Source: Verrucomicrobiota bacterium (lineage in GTDB: Bacteria; Verrucomicrobiota; Kiritimatiellia; JAHIZV01). From it: a stretch of DNA of 64,000 nucleotides. The stretch covers positions 2,285-66,284 of the forward strand of contig JAHIZV010000218.1 in NCBI GenBank assembly GCA_018814445.1. Reading direction: 5' to 3'. How positions within the stretch are numbered: position 1 is the stretch's first letter; each line of letters starts with the position of its first letter. This document shows positions 27,229 to 35,521 of the stretch, one piece after another. A program made the position numbers and the translations under genes. The notes below the pieces were generated by a model. The model was not told the DNA's origin and made no database searches. It saw only the letters and a program-made list of their open reading frames with translations.

Positions 27229-30200
27229 ATGATGAGTTGGCTCGCCAAAATCAGCCTGGTGACGGTCGTTGTGGTGTGTCTGGGCGGAGTTGTGTCGCAT
27301 GCCGTTGATCTGCGGATCAACGAGTTCATGGCTGTGAATGACACGATTCTGCAGGACGCGGACGGCGACTACTCGGACTGGATCGAGATTTACAACGCGG
27401 AAACGACGTCCGTAGATCTCGCCGGCTGGCATCTCACAGACAGTGCCGGCAATCTCAGTCAGTGGACCTTCCCCTCCACCAACATCGCGGCAGGAGCCTA
27501 TCTCGTCGTGTTCGCCTCCGGCAAGAACCGGGCAGTCTCCGGCGAAGAGCTTCATACCGACTTCGCTCTGAAAGCCCTTGGCGAGTACCTGGCTCTCGTC
27601 GAGCCCGACGGTTCCACAGTCGTCTTCGAATACTCCCCCGCTTATCCACAGCAGTACCCGGACATTTCATTCGGCGTCGGAGCGGAAGGAACGGAAGTCA
27701 CTCTTGTCGAAACCGCGGCGGCGTGCCGGGTGCAGGTTCCTGTCGACGGCTCTCAGGATTCGAACTGGTTTGAGCGCGTCGGCTTCGACGACAGCGGCTG
27801 GAGCAACGGCTTCACCGGCGTCGGATACGAGCGCGGACTCGGTTACGAGCAACTGATCAATACGGACGTGCATGATCAGATGTGGAGCAACAACGGCACC
27901 TGCTATATGCGCATACCTTTTGTGCTGTCCGCGCCATCACTCTACGATTCGCTCAATCTACTCGTGAAATACGACGACGGGTTTGTCGCCTACTTGAACG
28001 GACGGGAAATAGCCAGCGCCAACGCGCCTGCCGATGCGCTCTGGAACTTTGTCTCCACAGCCGGACACGCCGATTCACTCGCCCTGATCTACGAGACCAA
28101 CCGGATCCCCAATGCCGCCGACGTGCTGCAGATCGGGACCAACATTCTCGCGGTTCATCTGCTCAACGAAACACTCACAAGTTCGGACGCGCTGCTGATG
28201 CCGAAACTCGTGGGCTTCACCACTCCGGCTTCGGACCCGGGCCTCCGCCGCTTCTTTGTCACGCCGACGCCCGGTGCACGGAACGGAACCGGGCTCGATG
28301 ACCTCGGCCCCGCAATTCTCAACGTCGCACAATCGCCCGAGCTTCCGACGACTGACGATGACATCTTCGTCTCGGCCCGGATCTTCGCCACGGGATCCGG
28401 CCTTTCCACGGCAACGCTCCACTATCTCGTCATGTTTGAAACGAACGAGACAGCTGTAACCATGGTCGACGACGGTGCGCACGGCGACGGACCGGCAGGC
28501 GATGAAGTATTCGGGGCGCCTATTCCAGCAGGGATCACAAACGCCGGCATGATGATCCGCTACTACATCACAGCAACCGACACAAACGGGGATCTGTCCC
28601 GCTGGCCGCTCGAGGGCGACCCCGGCCCCCACCTCGGAACGGTGCTGGCGGATCCCGCCGTCACAAGCGCTCTGCGAACACTTCACTGGTTTGTGGAGGA
28701 TCCCGACTGGCACAAGAACGACGGCGGCGGCAACAATTACAACTGGTCCCCGGCTTACGTCTGGTTCGACGGACGTTTCTATGACGGCGCGCAGGTGCGG
28801 GTTCGCGGCCAGAGTTCTAAGAACTGGCGCAAACCGAACTTCAAATTTGAGTTCGGGCAGGGACACTACTTCACATACCTGACGAACGAAACCGCCGTTG
28901 AAGAATTCAATCTGCAGAGCACCTACAGCGACAAGTCCTACATGCGCCGCTTTCTGACCTGGGAGACATACAAAGATGCCGGGGCGGCCTATGGAATTTC
29001 GGAAGTATGGCGGGTTCAGCAGAATGGCGAGTTCTACAGTGTGGCCGTATTCCTTGAGCAACCGGACGAGACGCTGCTTGAACGCAATGACTGGGATCCC
29101 GACGGCGCGCTTTACAAGATGTTCAATCAGTGCACGAGTTCGTCGAGTGGAGTTGAGAAGAAGACGCGAATAGATGAGAACAACGCAGATCTCGCGGAAC
29201 TCGTTGCCGGAGTTAATCCTTCACACAGCCAGACCGCGCGTGCGGCGTATATCTTCGACAACGTGGATATACCGAAGACGATCAACTACATCGCGGCCAC
29301 GGCCATCATTCACGACAACGATCACGTGGCCAAGAACTACTATGTCTACCGCGACACCGAAGGCGACGGGGAATGGACCTTCTATCCATGGGACAAGGAC
29401 CTGACGGTCGGCCGCAACTATGGCCCCGGCGGGGGCGTGCTTAGCGACGGCATATGGGCTGATGTGGACGAGATACCGGGACGCACCAATGTTGCGCCGA
29501 GTCACCCCCTCTTCGGCGACTCTGAACATCAGAAGTACGACTACCTCTGGAACCGGTTCATTGACGCCGCACTCGACACGCCGGCTATACGCGAGATGTA
29601 TCTGCGCAGACTGCGCACACTGATGGACGAGTTGCTCATGCCGTCGAATACGGCGCCCGCGGCCCAGTACTTCGAGAGCCGCATCATGACGCTGTATACC
29701 AATATCCTCCCCGATGTACTCGAAGACCGCATCGAGTGGGGCAATCCTTACGGCAGTAATCAGACTCTTGAAGTGGCGTTGAGCCTCCTCACGAATGAGT
29801 ACCTGGCCGTCCGCCGCAGGCATCTCTTCGACACACATACTTCCACAAACGGTGTCGGCATTCCCCCCGCTCAAACGAACAGTCCCACGATCACTTTCGG
29901 AAACATCGAATTCAAACCGGCAACAGGAAACCAGGAAGAGGAATTCATTGAACTGATCAACACCAACGACATCGCGGTGGAGATTTCCGGCTGGTCCGTC
30001 TCCAACTCCGTCGATTTCACATTTGAACCCGCGACGGTTATTCCCGCCCGTTCAAACCTTTTTGTTTCTCCGGACCTGCCCTCCTTCCGCGCCAGGTCAA
30101 CCAGTCCGAAGGGCGGCGAAAATCGGTTTGTTGTCGGCCCATACAACGGCCATCTCTCCGCGCGCGGAGAAACGATCTCGCTGTACGACGCTGAAGGCAC

Positions 30201-32103
30201 TCCCGTCAGTTCCCTCTCCTACACCGGCGATCCCAGCGCGCTGCAGGAGAACCTGCGGATTACGGAGATCATGTACCACCCGAATGATCCGCCGGAGGGG
30301 AGTCTCTTCACGGACGACGATTTTGAATTCGTCGAAGTGAAGAACATCAGTACGAACATGCTGGAGCTGACCGACGCATATTTTATTGAGGGCATCCGGC
30401 ACACCTTCACGAATGTCGTGCTGCAGCCCGGAGGCATTGCCGTGCTCGTGAAGAACTTCACCGCCTTCACGAACCGCTATGACACCAACGGGATGACCAT
30501 TGCGGGCGTGTATGACGGCGCCTTTGACAATGACGGGGATCATGTGAAACTCGAGGATCCCCTGAGCGAAACGATCCTCGAATTCTCGTTTGATGACGAC
30601 TGGGTGCGGACGACGGACGGCGGCGGCTACTCGCTCACGATCAAGGAAGAGACCAATAGCTTCGATACATGGGGGCTTTCAAACAGTTGGAAGGCCAGCA
30701 GCGTTTTCGGCGGAACCCCCGGATTCGATGAGCCCGCTCTCCCTGTCGGATCCGTGGTAATCAACGAGGCCCTGACGCACACCGACTCTACACAGGACTG
30801 GATAGAGGTTCGCAATACGACGACGGGAGCCGTCGACATCAGCGGGTGGCTTCTCAGCGACGAAGCCACACAGCTTGCCAAGTACGTCATCCCGAACGGC
30901 ACGCTGATTTCCGCGACTTCGACGCTCGTTTTCAGCGAGAGCGATTTCAACAATACGAGCAATCCCGCCTCGCTCCTGCCGTTTGCCCTCAGCGAACTCG
31001 GTGACAGCATTTTCCTGTCCTCGGCCTCAAACGGCATCCCGACCGAATACCGTGAAGCCGTCGAGTTCGGCCCGTCAGACAGAGAGGTTACGTTCGGCCG
31101 CTACGTCCGCAGCGACGGAGGGGCCGACTTCCCCACGATGCTCGCGCCGACGCGGGACAACACCAACACGCCGCCGAAAGTCGGTCCGCTGGTCATCAGT
31201 GAAGTCATGTACAACCCCGCAGGCGCAGGACTGGAATTCATCGAAATCCGCAACATCGCGTCGAGCAACATTGTTCTGTACGACCCGGCGCATCCGACCA
31301 ACACATGGAAACTGACGGGCGGCGTTGATTTCACGTTCCCCGCCGGACAGATCATGACCAAGGGCCGGCACACGCTGGTCGTGGGCACCGACCCCGTTCA
31401 ATTCCGCAACATATACGAGGTGCCCTTCGACATCGCCATCTTCGGTCCATATACCGGAGTGCTCGACAACGCGGGCGAGAGCATCAAACTTCGTCGGCCC
31501 GGAGACTCGGAAACGAATCTCGTGCCCTATGTGGTTGTTGATCAGGTGGACTACGACGACGTGATGCCGTGGCCCGTGGAACCGGACGGGACGGGTCCGT
31601 CTCTCGAGCGTATCGATGACTGGTCGTACGGAAATGATCCGATCAACTGGCGCGCGTCCGAAACAACCCCCTCCCCCGGCACCTCGCCACAGCGCGACGG
31701 GGATGGCGACGGCATGCCCGACAACTGGGAGGAGCGAACCTTCTTCTCCACCAACGCGATAGCTGGAGGAAGCTACGACGATTTCGACAAAGACGGACTT
31801 CTCAATATATGGGAGTACATCTACGGCAGCGGCGCGACCGACTCCAACGACGAATTCATGCTGGTGATTGCGGCCACCAACGGACAGCGGATTACTACTT
31901 TCCAATCACGTGAAGCAACAGGTCCCGGATACTGGGGCATGAATCGCTACTACACGCTCCAGGAATCGAGCAACATGATGACCGGCCCCTGGTTCGCGAT
32001 CCCGGGCCTGACCAATCTGACGGGCGACGGATCGATTATTGTCTACACGAATCCACCCTCGGAGCTACTCTGGTTCAATCGGCTCACGGTCTGGCTCGAG
32101 TAG
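27229..32103 (+). CDS. Giant secreted CotH kinase-family protein with about five lamin-tail (LTD) domains and a dockerin/TSP3-like C-terminal module
   Basis: Signal peptide. LTD signatures such as 'DWIEIYNAETTSVDLAGWHLTD', 'EEFIELINTNDIAVEISGWSVSNS', 'FEFVEVKNISTNMLELTDAYF', 'DWIEVRNTTTGAVDISGWLLSDEA', 'EFIEIRNIASSNIVLYD'. CotH core 'VRVRGQSSKNWRKPNFKFEF ... NLQSTYSDKSYMRRFLTWETYKDAG'. C-terminal 'DGDGDGMPDNWEE ... DFDKDGLLNIWEYIYGSG'. Confidence 0.8.
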   Translation: MMSWLAKISLVTVVVVCLGGVVSHAVDLRINEFMAVNDTILQDADGDYSDWIEIYNAETTSVDLAGWHLTDSAGNLSQWTFPSTNIAAGAYLVVFASGKNRAVSGEELHTDFALKALGEYLALVEPDGSTVVFEYSPAYPQQYPDISFGVGAEGTEVTLVETAAACRVQVPVDGSQDSNWFERVGFDDSGWSNGFTGVGYERGLGYEQLINTDVHDQMWSNNGTCYMRIPFVLSAPSLYDSLNLLVKYDDGFVAYLNGREIASANAPADALWNFVSTAGHADSLALIYETNRIPNAADVLQIGTNILAVHLLNETLTSSDALLMPKLVGFTTPASDPGLRRFFVTPTPGARNGTGLDDLGPAILNVAQSPELPTTDDDIFVSARIFATGSGLSTATLHYLVMFETNETAVTMVDDGAHGDGPAGDEVFGAPIPAGITNAGMMIRYYITATDTNGDLSRWPLEGDPGPHLGTVLADPAVTSALRTLHWFVEDPDWHKNDGGGNNYNWSPAYVWFDGRFYDGAQVRVRGQSSKNWRKPNFKFEFGQGHYFTYLTNETAVEEFNLQSTYSDKSYMRRFLTWETYKDAGAAYGISEVWRVQQNGEFYSVAVFLEQPDETLLERNDWDPDGALYKMFNQCTSSSSGVEKKTRIDENNADLAELVAGVNPSHSQTARAAYIFDNVDIPKTINYIAATAIIHDNDHVAKNYYVYRDTEGDGEWTFYPWDKDLTVGRNYGPGGGVLSDGIWADVDEIPGRTNVAPSHPLFGDSEHQKYDYLWNRFIDAALDTPAIREMYLRRLRTLMDELLMPSNTAPAAQYFESRIMTLYTNILPDVLEDRIEWGNPYGSNQTLEVALSLLTNEYLAVRRRHLFDTHTSTNGVGIPPAQTNSPTITFGNIEFKPATGNQEEEFIELINTNDIAVEISGWSVSNSVDFTFEPATVIPARSNLFVSPDLPSFRARSTSPKGGENRFVVGPYNGHLSARGETISLYDAEGTPVSSLSYTGDPSALQENLRITEIMYHPNDPPEGSLFTDDDFEFVEVKNISTNMLELTDAYFIEGIRHTFTNVVLQPGGIAVLVKNFTAFTNRYDTNGMTIAGVYDGAFDNDGDHVKLEDPLSETILEFSFDDDWVRTTDGGGYSLTIKEETNSFDTWGLSNSWKASSVFGGTPGFDEPALPVGSVVINEALTHTDSTQDWIEVRNTTTGAVDISGWLLSDEATQLAKYVIPNGTLISATSTLVFSESDFNNTSNPASLLPFALSELGDSIFLSSASNGIPTEYREAVEFGPSDREVTFGRYVRSDGGADFPTMLAPTRDNTNTPPKVGPLVISEVMYNPAGAGLEFIEIRNIASSNIVLYDPAHPTNTWKLTGGVDFTFPAGQIMTKGRHTLVVGTDPVQFRNIYEVPFDIAIFGPYTGVLDNAGESIKLRRPGDSETNLVPYVVVDQVDYDDVMPWPVEPDGTGPSLERIDDWSYGNDPINWRASETTPSPGTSPQRDGDGDGMPDNWEERTFFSTNAIAGGSYDDFDKDGLLNIWEYIYGSGATDSNDEFMLVIAATNGQRITTFQSREATGPGYWGMNRYYTLQESSNMMTGPWFAIPGLTNLTGDGSIIVYTNPPSELLWFNRLTVWLE

Positions 32104-32143
32104 ACAGAAAATCCCCACGGAAAAGAACACGCGCGCGAAGTGA

Positions 32144-33499
32144 TCAATTCTGTTCCAGTCTTTCGATTCCTTGTCTGGCTCGGACGCAGGACCCTCGATT
32201 CAACAGACTGGAGATGTCGTCTAACCTCGCCGGTTCTATGTCGCCGCGTTTCCGCAGGGCATAGAGGCGTGCAGGCAAACGCAGATCATCGGATGTAAAG
32301 GGGAAATCACCACCCCGTTCTTTGCGCCTGGCCTCCTGTATGATCTCCAGGAAGGTATAGCCGAACTCATGCGTCGGCTCGATCATCGTCCCTTCACCAT
32401 AGTCATTCCAGGTGACCAACTGGATCATTTTCCAGTCGCGCTCCATGCCTACCTGAAGCGACTCGCGCATCGTTTCGCCCTGTCGGTGAGCCAGGACCTT
32501 GCCGCCTCGGCCGTATACATCTTTGAATCCCGGATAAGCGGACACGATGGCCTCCTCGGGATTCTTCGTGAAATAGCTGAACGCTTCACCGATACGGACA
32601 AGAATCGTCTTCTTGTCGTCCGGGTCCTCCCACGGGGCATGGTGTATCCATGTGAAGCCGCCATCCGCGGCGACTTTCCTCCATAGATGGTGTAGCGCGT
32701 AGAAAGTCGGGCGATCCCGCACGGACTCAAAGGCGGCCTTCCAGACCCCGGGGTCACGAATATACATGGGACCGAAATTCATGAGGAGCGGGCCGCCCTG
32801 ATACCGCAGGTACTGAGGCTTCGAAAACCACTCTTCCTGCATCCACTGGAGTGTCTCCGTCAGATGTGTGGTGAGGTCTTGCGACTGGAGTTTGTTCCTC
32901 TTGACGAGAAGCTCGGCAGCCCGGTCTTCGTAGCAGACCGCAAACTTCATTCCGTAGCCGCTCGCGGCATCGAACAAAGCCAGCGTGGCATCGTGGATGA
33001 GAGGATAATCATCGGTCTTGCCGATTCCGTACCAATCAGCAATGACACCATTGATGCCGGCCAGCTTCATTTGAAGAAGCTGACATTCCAATGCGTCGGG
33101 ATCAGCCGAATCGTACGGGCCGATCAACGGATGATAGTGCGACCAGATATCCGGAAGCCCATCTGCGCCTATGTGCTCCGGATTATGCTCCCGCTTGTGT
33201 CCCGTCCAATGCCTGCCCCACTTTCCCCGAAACGCCTTCGTTTCGTACCAGGGCATATAGTGAACCATCAGCATTTTCCCGCCCCAGTCGAATACCGGGC
33301 CCGGCTTGTAGACCCGTCTTGCCTCAACGGGCGCGTCAGCCTTTTCAACGGGAGCTTCGACCTTCTCCGTTACGTCAGGAACAGCTTCGGGCACTTCTTC
33401 ACGTGCCGGTTCGGACAGCTCCGGGACTGTGCAGGCCGGGAGGCACAGACAGGCAAGCGCTGTGAGCAACAGACAGGGCAGCCTGGAAACGATCGCCAT
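32144..33499 (-). CDS. Lipoprotein, GH99/GH71-clan glycoside hydrolase-like (endo-alpha-mannosidase-like)
   Basis: Lipobox 'LCLPACT'. 'MVHYMPWYETKAFRGKWGRHWTGH ... HYHPLIGPYDSADPDALECQLLQMKLAGINGVIADWYG' resembles the GH99 N-terminal signature (YY.WYG ... W.HWnH ... YP.lG.YsS.D ... SWWG). Confidence 0.55.
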   Translation of the reverse strand: MAIVSRLPCLLLTALACLCLPACTVPELSEPAREEVPEAVPDVTEKVEAPVEKADAPVEARRVYKPGPVFDWGGKMLMVHYMPWYETKAFRGKWGRHWTGHKREHNPEHIGADGLPDIWSHYHPLIGPYDSADPDALECQLLQMKLAGINGVIADWYGIGKTDDYPLIHDATLALFDAASGYGMKFAVCYEDRAAELLVKRNKLQSQDLTTHLTETLQWMQEEWFSKPQYLRYQGGPLLMNFGPMYIRDPGVWKAAFESVRDRPTFYALHHLWRKVAADGGFTWIHHAPWEDPDDKKTILVRIGEAFSYFTKNPEEAIVSAYPGFKDVYGRGGKVLAHRQGETMRESLQVGMERDWKMIQLVTWNDYGEGTMIEPTHEFGYTFLEIIQEARRKERGGDFPFTSDDLRLPARLYALRKRGDIEPARLDDISSLLNRGSCVRARQGIERLEQN

Positions 33500-33555
33500 C
33501 CTTGGTATCGGCGTTAGGTGCTCCAGCGTTCAGATACCCCGAAACCGGAGTGTCA

Positions 33556-34224
33556 TTACTGCATTCTGGCAAGATGCCCGTCGACGAGGCCCTGGAGATC
33601 GGGCTTCAGCGCGACTGCTTCTGCGTAGGCATTTCTCGCCGCTGCATTCTGCTTCAGGCTGTACTGATGAGTCGTGCCTTTGTTGAGATAGGCCGTTGCC
33701 TTCATTCCGACGCTGACGTTAGGCATCTCGATCAGTTCCCCGTAGACGCGTACGGCTTCGTCAAACTGCGCTGAGAACCTGCACGCTTCACCCAGAGCCA
33801 TGTGAATCTCCGGCTGCGCCCAGTCGACACCTTCCAGAGCGGCGGCTTTCTTCAATGTTGTTGCCGCTGAAGCGTAGTCTTCACCTACCTTCATTTGACA
33901 CTCGGCCAATGCCTGGAGGGCTGACACATGCCCGATCGGCTGCACATCCGTGATCGCCAGTGCTTTCTCGGCCTGCTCTTTAGCAGCGGCGTAGTTCTTC
34001 TCTTTGAAGGCAAGAACGTAGGCCTTCTTGCTGTACGCGAGCGCGGTTTCCGTATCGGTCGCGGCCTGTCCGACCGCCGCCGTATACTCGGCCAAAGCGC
34101 CTGCGTAGTTCTGCTGACCCATCATCTCGTCGCCGGCCTTCAGTGAAGCCTGATATGTGTCTGCCGCAAGTGCTGAGCCAACGCTTATAGAAATTACCAG
34201 TGTTATCGCAAGTATGCTTCTCAT
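33556..34224 (-). CDS. Secreted tetratricopeptide-repeat protein
   Basis: Signal peptide 'MRSILAITLVISISVGSALA'. Repeated 'A...AL..Y..A...' TPR heptads throughout. Confidence 0.7.
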   Translation of the reverse strand: MRSILAITLVISISVGSALAADTYQASLKAGDEMMGQQNYAGALAEYTAAVGQAATDTETALAYSKKAYVLAFKEKNYAAAKEQAEKALAITDVQPIGHVSALQALAECQMKVGEDYASAATTLKKAAALEGVDWAQPEIHMALGEACRFSAQFDEAVRVYGELIEMPNVSVGMKATAYLNKGTTHQYSLKQNAAARNAYAEAVALKPDLQGLVDGHLARMQ

Positions 34225-34296
34225 TGGATACTCCTTCCTTTTGTATCTGATACAAAATCTGCATCTTGATCGCGCGATTGTGCATTCTATTCGAGA

Positions 34297-34306
34297 TTTA
34301 CGTAAA
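34297..34306. promoter_or_regulatory. Palindromic box TTTACGTAAA(G), site 1, about 70 bp upstream of the TPR/GH99-like operon. A half-site TTTACG follows about 11 nt downstream.
   Basis: Perfect 10-bp palindrome, identical to the sites at ~35418, ~42328 and ~55787. Confidence 0.45.
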
Positions 34307-34317
34307 GTCGGGCGTAT

Positions 34318-35373
34318 TTACGCGCTCTGCGGGAGCGTGCTCTTCCCTTCCCGCCAGGTCCCTTCAATCTCCATTCTCACAGGCTGGGCAGGAATCCCCT
34401 TCTGGCCGCGCTGAATCGAGGCGACGAGCATATCGACCGCTGCCGCGCCGACGAGATGCGAGTTCTGGTCAATGCCGCTGACGTCCGGAAACAGCTTGCT
34501 GTCTCCATCAATATCCAGTGAAGCGTAGCCGACCTCTCCGGGGATATCGGAACCTCTGTTCTGAAGCAATTCCAAGCCGAAATGTGCAACGCCAATGACA
34601 ACGTCCGGTGCGTAGCGGTCAAACCAAGTGTTAAACTTGATCTGGTCTGCATTGCTCATCAGCAGAGGCGGGGGCATCTTCTTACCGCGCCTGTGACGAT
34701 ACTGAAGAAAGGCGGCCGTCCATTTTCCATTCACGCGCAGGTCAAGCGCATCTTCCATTACAAGACCGATCGCCCGGTAGTTGAGTCCGGAAAGCTCATC
34801 GAGCAGCTTGAGCATGGAAGTATACTGGTCATGGATCGAACGATCCAAATCCGGCGACTCGACAGTTTCGCTGATCTCAACAACAGAGAAAGGACTGAAA
34901 TCGAGGTGGATTGAACGGGGTTCTTTCTTAGAGAGTTTCCCCTGCAGAGGGGCGACGATCACGCCTTCGATGCCCCGATTCCAGATGATGTTGCCCAGGC
35001 GCGACGGGCTCATGCCGGGTTCGTTCAGCCAGAATACTTCGATGCGGTAGCCGTATTCCTTCGCGCGCTGCATGGCGCCTTCCACATACTTCCGCTCCGT
35101 GGCGAACCTCTTCCAGTCTTCTGCCGTTTTGCCCGAGGTAAGAAGGGCAAGACAGGCTCTTGTATCGTCCGGCAACTTGCTCCGAATGTGTGACATAAGT
35201 TTTGCAACTTCCGGATCGGGTTCGTATCCCAGTTGCTCGGCCGCCCTCATCACTTTTCGCCGCGTCTCTTTGGAAACCCCGGGCTTGCCCCGGAGCGCCA
35301 GTGACACAGCCATGCGCGTAACGCCCGTTTTCGCAGCTATCTCGCGCAGCGTGATTTTGTTTCCAGAACCCAT
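34318..35373 (-). CDS. LacI-family transcriptional regulator
   Basis: N-terminal HTH 'ITLREIAAKTGVTRMAVSLALRGKPGVSKETRRKVMRAAEQLGYEPD'. C-terminal periplasmic-binding-fold sugar-binding domain. Confidence 0.9.
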   Translation of the reverse strand: MGSGNKITLREIAAKTGVTRMAVSLALRGKPGVSKETRRKVMRAAEQLGYEPDPEVAKLMSHIRSKLPDDTRACLALLTSGKTAEDWKRFATERKYVEGAMQRAKEYGYRIEVFWLNEPGMSPSRLGNIIWNRGIEGVIVAPLQGKLSKKEPRSIHLDFSPFSVVEISETVESPDLDRSIHDQYTSMLKLLDELSGLNYRAIGLVMEDALDLRVNGKWTAAFLQYRHRRGKKMPPPLLMSNADQIKFNTWFDRYAPDVVIGVAHFGLELLQNRGSDIPGEVGYASLDIDGDSKLFPDVSGIDQNSHLVGAAAVDMLVASIQRGQKGIPAQPVRMEIEGTWREGKSTLPQSA

Positions 35374-35417
35374 GGCAAGCCCTTCCTAGGATGGAATCAT
35401 TCTAGAATCCTCATGCG

Positions 35418-35427
35418 TTTACGTAAA
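35418..35427. promoter_or_regulatory. Palindromic box TTTACGTAAA(G), site 2, in the divergent promoter between the LacI-family gene and the PL1-like gene
   Basis: 'GCGTTTACGTAAAGCTC'. About 45 bp upstream of the regulator start and about 95 bp upstream of the 35522 gene. Confidence 0.5.
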
Positions 35428-35521
35428 GCTCAGACCCGCTATATGTTGTGTCCGAATGCCGCTACTGTTCTATTACCAAAATTTTCAGAATCGCTTCCTC
35501 CAGTAGCCAGTATGGATCGCT

